Below are positions 46,405-54,698 of a DNA stretch of 64,000 bases, piece after piece. The stretch covers positions 67,409 to 131,408 of the forward strand of contig JACKGO010000001.1 in NCBI GenBank assembly GCA_020631975.1, written 5' to 3'. The DNA comes from Candidatus Nomurabacteria bacterium (lineage in GTDB: Bacteria > Patescibacteriota > Saccharimonadia > Saccharimonadales > CAIOMD01). Under the pieces are notes generated by a model. It made no database searches, was not told the origin of the DNA, and saw only the letters and a program-made list of their open reading frames with translations. The translations under genes and the position numbers were made by a program. The stretch's first letter is position 1, and each line of letters starts with the position of its first letter.

Positions 46405-46971
46405 TTGGAGGTGGAGGCAGTGTCGGAACCTGAACCACAACAAGCTATTCAAGCCCCGCAATCGCTCATGGATTTAGAAAATCTGGGGCGTCGGCTGGGT
46501 AAGATTTTACGTAAACTTGCGACCACGCAAGAACGTAAGCAGGCTGCATTAGCCAAGGTGAACGAACGCTACGATGCAGATATTAGCTCGCTTAGTGGCG
46601 ATGCGGACAGGCTGGTGGACGTAATCATCGAATACGCTCACGCTCACAAACCAGAATTGACTGACACCCAGACAGTTCACTTGGGCTCTATGGACATCGA
46701 ATGGCGCACGGATGGCAAGGGTTCGCTTTGTCTCTTGGTGCCAGAAGAAGAGGTGGTAAAGAGGCTCAAGCGATTCAAGTCTGGGAGGGATCACATCGTA
46801 GTAAAAGAGTCTGTCGCCCGAGCTTCGCTCAAGGCAGATAAGCTCACTAGAGCCAAGCTGGCTGGGCTAGTGGACGTCGTCTACAAGAACGTGGTCCGGG
46901 TCTCTGTCTTGCCCACTCCTGCCCAACGAAAGAGTGGTGCCAAATGGCTCTTTGTTGAGCGAAAGCAGTAA
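46405..46971 (+). CDS. Mu Gam-like host-nuclease-inhibitor family protein
   Basis: Coiled-coil N-terminal half (ERKQAALAKVNERYDADISSL..DADRLVDVIIEYAHAHKPEL), then GSMDIEWR and KESVARASLKA, matching the Gam (PF07352-type) pattern as I recall it. The likely true start is GTG 46420, after a GGAGGTGGAGG SD. The GC content is visibly above that of the flanks. Confidence 0.55.
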   Translation: MEVEAVSEPEPQQAIQAPQSLMDLENLGRRLGKILRKLATTQERKQAALAKVNERYDADISSLSGDADRLVDVIIEYAHAHKPELTDTQTVHLGSMDIEWRTDGKGSLCLLVPEEEVVKRLKRFKSGRDHIVVKESVARASLKADKLTRAKLAGLVDVVYKNVVRVSVLPTPAQRKSGAKWLFVERKQ

Positions 46972-46980
46972 ACTAGCGAA

Positions 46981-47005
46981 CGGCCCGGGGGAGATCCCCG
47001 GGCCG
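46981..47005 (+). terminator. GC-rich hairpin after the Gam-like gene
   Basis: CGGCCCGGGG-gagat-CCCCGGGCCG is a perfect 10-bp stem, with no clear U-tract. Confidence 0.5.
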
Positions 47006-47155
47006 TATTCGCAATTATCAGCCGCATTCTACTTACTAGTCTTACATACTATTTGCATGTCATCGTCTTACACTACTGATAATTATTAGCTTCATATGAC
47101 GTACGTTAAGCGAATGTAATGCTGCACACGCAACGCTTCTACACCTGGAGTGACA

Positions 47156-47334
47156 CTATCGCTTAAGACTATCGGTAATTGTTTGTACCGTATCGGTATT
47201 CTCGGTAAATTGTTGAATAGATTCGTCTATACTGGTACTGCCGAGTGCAATATCCATGAGCTCTTGTGGCTCTGGAATCGCTTGCTGAGATACGTTTTGT
47301 ACACTCCCAAGTAAGTCTCTTATAAAGTCCATAG
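47156..47334 (-). CDS. Small acidic hypothetical protein (58 aa)
   Basis: A GGAGG SD lies 8 nt upstream of ATG 47334. The longer track start is rejected. Confidence 0.45.
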
Positions 47335-47538
47335 CGTTACCTCCAATGCTTAATATTTTTTTAGGTGGTGTACCCTCGCAGAAGACACACCACATGTACA
47401 TAAAGGGTCAATAGTTCTAGCGGATTACCTTATGTGCATACTGCATATATGCGGCTATGTCGCAGATTAGTATTACGTTACTAGCTGATAATTAGCTGAG
47501 AAACAACCAAAATATTTGTTAAAGATGCCGCCTGCTAT

Positions 47539-48114
47539 TTACTGAGGCAATAGTACACCGCCAATGACGTGTACGACGCCATTGTCTGCATTAACATCAG
47601 CCTTTTCTACCTTAACTTGGTTGCCTGTTGCGTCAACAAGGTAGACCATACCATCGGCGATTTTAACAGTAAGTGTACCACCTTGTACGGTAGTGATAAC
47701 TTGGCCATCTGTTAGGTCACCAGCGAGTACGGTGCCTGGTACGACATGATAGGTCAAGATACTTTTAAGCTGATCTTGGTTCTCTGGCTTGAGCAGCGTG
47801 TCTAGCGTACCGGCTGGCAATGCAGCGAAAGCATCATTGGTTGGGGCAAATACAGTGAACGGTCCTGCTCCCTGCAATGTTTCTACAAGATTTGCAGCTT
47901 TTACAGCAGTCACTAGGGTGCTGAGGCTTTCTGTTTCTGATGCTACCACCACTATGTCACGGTTGGCCTGTTGTTCTGCAGGTTGCATGTTACTTTGGCT
48001 CGTCTCATTTGTAGCTGTAGTATCTTCTCTATTCGCGAACCACACAATACAACCAACGGCAACTGCGATGGCTAATACAACGGCTACGATACCTGCTGTT
48101 TTGTTACTTTCCAT
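47539..48114 (-). CDS. Membrane-anchored fasciclin (FAS1) domain protein
   Basis: N-terminal TM, then FAS1 motifs (GPFTVFAPTNDAF..L, LTYHVVPG, NGVVHVIGGVLLP). Confidence 0.8.
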   Translation of the reverse strand: MESNKTAGIVAVVLAIAVAVGCIVWFANREDTTATNETSQSNMQPAEQQANRDIVVVASETESLSTLVTAVKAANLVETLQGAGPFTVFAPTNDAFAALPAGTLDTLLKPENQDQLKSILTYHVVPGTVLAGDLTDGQVITTVQGGTLTVKIADGMVYLVDATGNQVKVEKADVNADNGVVHVIGGVLLPQ

Positions 48115-48183
48115 AATACGTTCCTCCTAATTAGTTAATTACACTAACTATTATGACTGGAGGGGTGTATAGAATGTGTATAG

Positions 48184-49197
48184 TTACAATGTAACTATTA
48201 CGGTAGTTCCTTTACCGACGGTGCTTGTTATGCTGACATCGCCATGATAGATAGAAACAAATTTATCTATTATTGCCATGCCTAAGCCGGTCCCGTCTGT
48301 ATTAGTCGCATTTTTTGCTCTATAAAAACGTTGTGTAATATTGGGTAAATCTTGCTTTGGTATACCAACACCATAGTCTCTTACTTTTAGGGTCCACCCT
48401 GTTTTTGAATGTGTTAGTTGTACGTCAATTGGCTTGCCTTTTTTGTCACTAAATTTAATGGCATTTTCTAGCACATTTTTTACTATGTACACAAAATGCT
48501 GAGGATCTATTTTTGTCTTGAGCGTTGTTGGTTTTTTAAGATTCACTGCAATATGCTAGGCGACTGCTTGATGATGCAACTCTTCTACAATATCACCTAA
48601 TAGTTCGGCGATATCGATCTCTTGTGTACCTGGGTAATCACGGTGTTCTAGTAGCAGTAAGTCAGTTGTTATGCTTGTCAGATGTGTTGCCTGCCTGCCA
48701 AGAGATTGAATGAACGTATTGAGCTCTTTGCCTGCAGGAGGCCGATTTTTTGCCTGCTGAAGCATTGTGCTCATAGCAGCTAACGGATTGCGTAACTCGT
48801 GAGCAGCATCTTGCATAAAACGTCGTTGCGAAAGATACGCTTCTTTTACGGGGCTGAGCAAGCGGCGCGATAGCCACCATCCAGCCAGCCCACTCATGAC
48901 AATCACTGCCACGAGCACAAAAGGTAAACTCGCGGTAATTTGGTTTCTGTCTTCTCTTTGTATGATTCCAGCAATGGTTTCAAAATGGGCATGATTTGGT
49001 GCTTGGCTGGCTATGTAGGCGCTTAGTTCTGAATTGTCTTGTGCAAGCTGGCCAATTTTTGCAGCAGAAATATTTTGCTGCAAACGCTGTTCTGCGTAGG
49101 CATACATAGCAATAGATGCAACCAAAGCACAAATAATCGCTACGCCAACCGTAGCAAATGTAAGATTTTTTCTGGCTGTTGCAAGTACTTTATCCAT
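48184..49197 (-). pseudogene. Membrane histidine kinase interrupted by an in-frame TAG (48556-48558)
   Basis: The upstream part has TM-loop-TM, HAMP and an H-box (DAAHELRNPL). The downstream part has an N-box (NVLENAIKFS), G1 (RDYGVGI) and G2 (GTGLGMAI). The two ORFs are in the same frame, reading ...HHQAVA-TAG-HIAVNLKK... Confidence 0.8.
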
Positions 49198-49202
49198 AGT
49201 TA

Positions 49203-49883
49203 TTAATCATTTAGTAAATAGCCGACGCCAGGTATAGTTTGGATTATCGTTAGCGTAGGATCATTAATTTTATTGCGCAAGTTAGATATATGAATGCGTA
49301 TTGGGGGGTTGGTTATTGCAGCGTCATCGCCCCAAGCAGACTCAATAATATCTTGCGTACTCACGGTTGTATGACTATTTTGCATTAACTTTCGCATAAT
49401 ACGAAATTCAACAAGCGTGAGCTTTACCTCCTTGTCTTGTATAAAGAATTTATGTCTTTTTGGCTCTATTTTAAAGTGAGCCGTTTTTATAGGAGCAAGA
49501 TCGTGTTGGATACCTTTGGTACGTAGTTGCGCGTTTATTCGGGCAACTAGCTCCCGTAAGTCAAATGGCTTCACTAAATAATCATCCATACCAGCTTCTA
49601 AACCTATAATTTTATCGTCTACTGTGTCGCGGGCTGTTATGGCTATTATCGGGCCATCAAAGCCTTGTTCTTTGAGCATTCTTGTAAATGATAAACCTGT
49701 TATGCCTGGTAACGAAATGTCAAGAACCGCTATATCAGAGGCCGCTGGATAGTTCTTTTCTTGGGCTAGTTCGGCACTTGGGGCACTCCGGACAATATAT
49801 CCGTTATCAGTCAAATAGTCAGACACAGCTGTTCGCATATCTGTATTATCTTCTACGACGAGAATATTCACTTTATTCATCAT
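49203..49883 (-). CDS. OmpR/PhoB-family response regulator
   Basis: Receiver domain (VVEDNTD, IAVLDISLPG, KPF) plus a winged-helix C-terminus (LTLVEFRIMRKLM...VGYLL). Confidence 0.85.
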   Translation of the reverse strand: MMNKVNILVVEDNTDMRTAVSDYLTDNGYIVRSAPSAELAQEKNYPAASDIAVLDISLPGITGLSFTRMLKEQGFDGPIIAITARDTVDDKIIGLEAGMDDYLVKPFDLRELVARINAQLRTKGIQHDLAPIKTAHFKIEPKRHKFFIQDKEVKLTLVEFRIMRKLMQNSHTTVSTQDIIESAWGDDAAITNPPIRIHISNLRNKINDPTLTIIQTIPGVGYLLND

Positions 49884-49945
49884 ATTTATAGTTTAGCATC
49901 AATGATGTTAAGCAGTCGTTAAGCTGTTACTGCTTTCGTGCTAAA

Positions 49946-50432
49946 CTATTTGCGAATTAAAAATTGGCCGCTTTCAGCGTACGGTATGTGGTCTTTCAAT
50001 ATTTGTGCAAATTTTTTAGGTGCTGATATTTCGTTGAATAGTATATCTTTACCAAGTGTTGGTATAAAGATGGTTACTAAACCAAAGTTAAATAATCTGC
50101 CAAAAAAGCCTTGTTGAACAGACACAGATTGCATATTAGCATAGGGGTAAGAAATTTCTGTTTTGTGAATGATACCCCGTCTGACAACTAATTCGTTTTC
50201 TTTAATATAATAGCCTTCATTTGCCCACTGAGCGACTAAGGTGACGACAGCAGTTATCGCAAGACTTAAGAACATAACAGATAAAATAGCACGCTAGTGT
50301 ATAGCTTTCACCAGCTTGGCTACGTACTTCTACAAGCGCCGTAGAAAGTAACAAATAAATGATTTCTAAGGATATTTCTATAGCAATAATTTTTATTACT
50401 AAACCAGCTGGGCTTCTCCTCACTATATCCAT
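49946..50432 (-). pseudogene. YdbS/YdbT-like membrane protein with bacterial PH (bPH_2) domain, split by a 1-nt frameshift
   Basis: The 71-aa ORF supplies TM1. The 109-aa ORF supplies TM2 and the PH domain (YYIKENELVVRRGIIHKTEISYPYANMQSVSVQQGFFGRLFNFG). The second frame is open upstream to 50293, and joining the frames gives a typical ~156-aa protein. Confidence 0.6.
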
Positions 50433-50584
50433 GGCACCCTTTCTGTTACGTGACTATTACTAACTATAAAGAATTGCTTGTTAAGGACCTGTAAAGCTGC
50501 TACTCAACCTAAGCAAAAAGCTATACCGTATATGAATGCTTGCGCTTGTAATCGCTACTTTTTGAGCACATACTATATAATGGT

Positions 50585-51220
50585 ATGTATAAAAATGCTA
50601 GTAATATAGAATATAAAAAAACAGGCTCTCCAAGACCGATTATGCGTATAGCGACAGGTTTGAACTTTAGCTATGGTATTGTCGAGGCGACCGTAGGGCT
50701 TATGAGCGGTAGTAGCGCAGCATTTGCAAATGGCTGGCATAATTTTCTAGATTCAATTTCACATGGTGCTCATACATCAACACACAAAAAAGAGTTAAGC
50801 GACGAATATGTTCACAAAAAAGTAATGCGAAGGCGTCGATTGGCAGCAACGGCTATTGCAGCTGGGGCTATTATGACTGGCGCGAATGCTGCCCACTCTA
50901 TTGCAAACCCTGAAGAAGCCCCACTAAATGTGAAGGCATTATCAGCTGAACTAGGTGCCGTGGCAATTAACGCTGGGCTTATATATTCTATAAAAAGAAG
51001 AAGAGATGATACCCTTGCATATAAAGACGCCGAGCGGCACTTTTTTGTAGATGGCAGTATGGCAACGGTGACATCTTTTGCGATTGCTGTTACGCCGTAC
51101 TTTCACTATGCCGATGGGATTGGCGGTATGATTGCCACGTCTGCATCTGGTTGGTTAGCCTATAAAACATATCTAGATGATGGCGAACATGCACACGTTA
51201 GTGAACCCAGTGATGTATAG
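50585..51220 (+). CDS. Cation-diffusion-facilitator-like membrane protein (TM domain only)
   Basis: SSAAFANGWHNFLDSISH and AERHFFVDGSMA resemble the CDF TM2/TM5 HxxxD metal-site motifs. No cytoplasmic C-terminal domain is present. Confidence 0.4.
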   Translation: MYKNASNIEYKKTGSPRPIMRIATGLNFSYGIVEATVGLMSGSSAAFANGWHNFLDSISHGAHTSTHKKELSDEYVHKKVMRRRRLAATAIAAGAIMTGANAAHSIANPEEAPLNVKALSAELGAVAINAGLIYSIKRRRDDTLAYKDAERHFFVDGSMATVTSFAIAVTPYFHYADGIGGMIATSASGWLAYKTYLDDGEHAHVSEPSDV

Positions 51221-51229
51221 TTTAGGTAT

Positions 51230-51976
51230 ATGCTAGCAAAAAACCGTCAAAATACATTATTTTGCTTTTCACCACCTGTCATGATAGCCACGTTTATAAT
51301 AGAAATTTCACTGGCTCTGTATGTAATGCTTCGGTTCCATCGCAATGAAATTACACGGCTTATTGTAGCAACATTACTCATGCTCGGGCTTTTTCAATTA
51401 GCAGAATATTTTGTATGTGGAGGTGCCAGTTTGAGCGCGGGCCAATGGTCACGGGTTGGCTATGTAGCGATTACCGCGTTACCAGCACTAGGGTTACATA
51501 TGATGTTTGCACTTAATAAATCATCTGCCAACAAAATGGTGATGACTGCCTATGCGAGTATGGCCGGTTTTATGGCATATTTTCTATTATCGCCCACGGC
51601 TTTTGCTGGGCATCAATGTACTGGTAACTATGTAATATTTCAGTTGGGTGCACTGCCATCCTTATTCTATGGGTTGTATTACTATGGTTGGCTATTAGCT
51701 GCGCTGCTGGTAGGTGCACGCTTTCTTTATACCATGCCACCAAGCGCTAAAACTGAACGCAAGACAACCAAGGCTCTTATGGTGGGGTATGCAGTTTTCT
51801 TAGTTCCTACAGCAATGGTGTACGCAATTAACCCGCAAGCGCGGGCTGGTATCCCATCTATAATGTGCGGATTCGCTGTTTTATTTGCACTTATATTGGC
51901 GCTCTATATATTGCCAGAAATAGGCAATAAAAAACCATTATCTCTAGCTGCGCACGATACACCTAAAGAGAACTAG
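51230..51976 (+). CDS. Hypothetical polytopic membrane protein (248 aa, ~7 TM)
   Basis: Hydrophobic periodicity throughout. No family was recognised. Confidence 0.5.
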   Translation: MLAKNRQNTLFCFSPPVMIATFIIEISLALYVMLRFHRNEITRLIVATLLMLGLFQLAEYFVCGGASLSAGQWSRVGYVAITALPALGLHMMFALNKSSANKMVMTAYASMAGFMAYFLLSPTAFAGHQCTGNYVIFQLGALPSLFYGLYYYGWLLAALLVGARFLYTMPPSAKTERKTTKALMVGYAVFLVPTAMVYAINPQARAGIPSIMCGFAVLFALILALYILPEIGNKKPLSLAAHDTPKEN

Positions 51977-51987
51977 GCAATCACCCG

Positions 51988-52590
51988 TTACAACTGCTTA
52001 AGTAAGGCTACTTTTTTGCCATATACTTGGACGATTGGATGTTGCGGTATTTTAGCTACAAGAACTTGGTGAACGCTGTCGTACCACCATTTTTGGTCTT
52101 CTTTACCAGCGTGAAAGCGCGCCCAAAAGGTATCACCTTCCCTCGCGTGATCATGTAAAGAAGTGCTTAAGTTGTCTAGCTTGTCGCTTGCACTGACAAG
52201 CAGCGCACGCTCATCGTTTGTCGCCCATAATGTGTCTAGGTAACTTTGGTTACTTTGCCGCCAATTGGTAATTGTCTTATCCTTTGTAACGAGCTTTACA
52301 ATAGAGACAATGTCATTTCCAAAGTCTTCACGCATGTGCTGTTCGCTGTAGCGAGTTGGGTCTACATCTTCTAGAACATCGTGTAGCAGCGCTGCGGCAA
52401 GCGTGGACTCGTCATTTGTATATGGCAGCAAATTACCATACACACTGTAAGGGTGAATAATATACGGTTGGTTTGTACCTTTTCTTGTTTGCCCTGCATG
52501 CGCAGCTTTAGAAATAACAAGTGCCTTGTTGGAAGGTGACATTCCTTGGGTTTTATTTCTAATATCTTGCATGGTGTCCTCCTTGGCCAA
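51988..52590 (-). CDS. HD-domain protein of the RelA/SpoT hydrolase type (small alarmone hydrolase-like)
   Basis: HAGQTRKGTNQPYIIHPYSV and AALLHDVLEDV match the (p)ppGpp-hydrolase HD pattern. No synthetase domain is present. Confidence 0.65.
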   Translation of the reverse strand: MAKEDTMQDIRNKTQGMSPSNKALVISKAAHAGQTRKGTNQPYIIHPYSVYGNLLPYTNDESTLAAALLHDVLEDVDPTRYSEQHMREDFGNDIVSIVKLVTKDKTITNWRQSNQSYLDTLWATNDERALLVSASDKLDNLSTSLHDHAREGDTFWARFHAGKEDQKWWYDSVHQVLVAKIPQHPIVQVYGKKVALLKQL

Positions 52591-52733
52591 AAAATAAGAA
52601 ATCGGCCCGAATTATTACTAATATAATCCGTAGCCGCAATAGACGCAGGTTGTAACTGCCGCTGTCCTACATGTATATTTTACCACTATTATTAAGATTG
52701 TAAAAACTATAAAAACGGTATATTATTCTAAAA

Positions 52734-52967
52734 ATGCGTGATATGTATCACCCACCAGTTGGCCACCATGAGTTTGAAGAAAGTATAGAAAAACTATTGG
52801 CAGAAGAGGCCTATGACACAGCTAATAACTACGGCTATTTCACAAGCTGTTACTCTAGCGAAGCAGATCAGATTGTGACAGACATAGTTACTAATAGACT
52901 GGATATCGTAACACCAAATGAATTTGTGTCGGTTCGCTTGCGAGTTTTGCAAGAAGTGACGGTGTAA
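52734..52967 (+). CDS. Hypothetical acidic protein (77 aa); same frame as the next ORF
   Basis: The ORF ends at TAA 52965-52967. The frame stays open for 20 further codons up to the next track ORF. Confidence 0.35.
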   Translation: MRDMYHPPVGHHEFEESIEKLLAEEAYDTANNYGYFTSCYSSEADQIVTDIVTNRLDIVTPNEFVSVRLRVLQEVTV

Positions 52968-53027
52968 CAGCATGGCCAAACAGAGCAAGCGAATATTTCG
53001 CTACAAGCAAACACTAGCTCGCCGACT

Positions 53028-53444
53028 GTGGGTCTGCTACTTGAATATGCACGGCATACGGCGGAGGACCCAGAACCATATGGCACATTGCCAGAGAGTC
53101 AAATACCTTGGGAACCATACCTGTTTATTGGCATAGCCCAAGAAAACGAAGACATGTCTACTAGTGTGCTTAATGCCAAAAATGGCCAAGCATTATCACT
53201 AGATGAACAGCTGGCATGTTTACGTACATTACGGGCGCTACGTTCTAACCTATCAGCGGAAGCAATGTTGAATGACATTTACAGAGATACAGGAGATGAG
53301 TCATATATTGCGGAGCCGCAATACGAATCTAACATAGACGGATTAATACCTTTTGAACCAAGTGATTATATTGACGGTTATGGTTGCTCGGTTTGCGGCA
53401 AAGATTTTACCTATTGTGAGCATCATACAGGTTGGCAAAATTGA
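53028..53444 (+). CDS. Hypothetical acidic protein (138 aa) with C-terminal CxxC...CxHH cluster
   Basis: GCSVCGKDFTYCEHH at the C-terminus. The start is GTG with no SD, so this may be the 3' part of a longer disrupted gene. Confidence 0.4.
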   Translation: MGLLLEYARHTAEDPEPYGTLPESQIPWEPYLFIGIAQENEDMSTSVLNAKNGQALSLDEQLACLRTLRALRSNLSAEAMLNDIYRDTGDESYIAEPQYESNIDGLIPFEPSDYIDGYGCSVCGKDFTYCEHHTGWQN

Positions 53445-53448
53445 AATA

Positions 53449-53494
53449 CCCAAGAGGGCGCCTGCTGGCATGGTAGCTGCAGGGCCCTCTTGGG
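53449..53494. terminator. GC-rich hairpin between convergent genes
   Basis: CCCAAGAGGGC ... GCCCTCTTGGG is a perfect 11-bp stem with a 24-nt loop. Confidence 0.5.
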
Positions 53495-53515
53495 GGTGTG
53501 TCTATACCTACCTTC

Positions 53516-53770
53516 TCAGGCGTATTGCACGCGGACATCATGTGCACCGCAGACATGCTTTGCAACACTGACCAACACAGTTTCGTAGGCTCTTATGCTT
53601 CTGAAGTGTGGGCGCTTGTGAAGAAAAACCTCTCTATCGCTGGCATAGACGCGCGCGTCTATTTCATGAGATCTTTCTGTCAAGGCATTGCCGTATGATC
53701 GGGTGTGATGCTGCGGTTCAAGAGTTAGGACATAGGAGCCCTCTTCTCCTTTACTCACCGTGATTTGCAC
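53516..53770 (-). CDS. Hypothetical protein (84 aa)
   Basis: GTG start with an AAGGGGA SD. GC content is higher than the flanks. No family was recognised. Confidence 0.35.
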   Translation of the reverse strand: MQITVSKGEEGSYVLTLEPQHHTRSYGNALTERSHEIDARVYASDREVFLHKRPHFRSIRAYETVLVSVAKHVCGAHDVRVQYA

Positions 53771-53850
53771 TGCTGTTCCCCTTTGTATTGGTGTATAAGA
53801 CGGTAGTACTATACAGTAAAATAACTTAGATTACCAGACTATAAAGAATA

Positions 53851-54650
53851 TTAGGGTTGAAACACACCAGCGTACACCTGCCATGCGAGTGCCGATTTAA
53901 CCAGTAGGCTTAAAACAATGTATACTTTTTCGCCGTACAAATAATCGCTCCATTTGCCAATTTTTTTATACTGTAAGTACATGTTAATGGCAAAGCAGTT
54001 AAAGAATATAAATATACTCACGTAGATACCATATACAAACCCAGGTACGCCATTAACGCTATAGTTGTTGGCAGCAAAGACGTAGATACCAAAGGCAATC
54101 CACGGCACAATCCCTAAAATACATCCAATTACAAAACTGAGCCAAGCTGGTTTCTTTTTGCCGGCATTTACGACTTCCATCACCAAGCCCATGAGGTTCA
54201 TGCCGGCTACAAGCGCAAATATCATTACTAAACTCGCTAGATCTTGCATACCACTGAGGAGTGCAATTGCAATCATCATAGTACTTGCGCTAATGCTATA
54301 TTCTATCCAGCGTGCTTTGTTTATACCCTTTTCAAGGTCTGCTATGTATGTTTTTTTATACCACGTTACGATACTAAGGTGTGCCAGTGCGCTCATAAAC
54401 ATAAAGCTGGCTACTAACCAAGCGAAATTTATTGCAAATAGTGTTGTTGTTGCTGGCTCGAGTACCTCTGTTATAGGGTTAAAGCTTAGATAGTTTACGG
54501 TCACATCATAGCTTGCGTCTATGCCAACTGCTTTTACAAGCCATACCATTAAAATGCCCTGCAATAGGTGTAATACAAATGCAACTTTATTGAGTTTTAT
54601 AAGATTCTTAATAGAAATAGAACTTTTTTTGATCGGTTAAATAGTTTCAT
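53851..54650 (-). CDS. Heliorhodopsin (7-TM retinal protein, inverted topology); the 5' end requires a -1 shift at an A7 run or a non-AUG start
   Basis: Collinear by eye with heliorhodopsin 48C12 as I recall it: VLHLLQ (His23), SALAHL (His80), ARWIEYSISAS (counter-ion Glu107), GIVPWIAFGIYV, VPGFVYGIYVSIFIFFNCFA, YLQYKKIGKWSDYLYGEKVYIVLSLLVKSALAW (Schiff-base Lys241). The track ORF starts at TTG 54564. Confidence 0.85.
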
Positions 54651-54698
54651 ACTATATATAGTACAGCATAGGAGTGAACAAACGGTATACGTTTGGTG

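Noticed and set aside
48556-52967. Stop-codon reassignment (TAG/TAA to Gln, or a code 25/4-type UGA recoding) as an explanation for the in-frame stops.
   Set aside because: TAA, TAG and TGA each terminate well-conserved genes at the expected lengths, in the same region and throughout the window. Examples are TGA for mraY, TAA for the OmpR regulator and the kinase itself, and TAG for the GH1 gene. No conserved gene requires read-through of TGA.
52973-53128. An alternative-frame 51-aa, highly basic ORF (MAKQSKRIFRYKQTLARRLW...) overlapping the start of the 138-aa ORF.
   Set aside because: It has no SD, overlaps an acidic ORF that has better coding appearance, and nothing independent supports it. 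It is noted only as a possibility.
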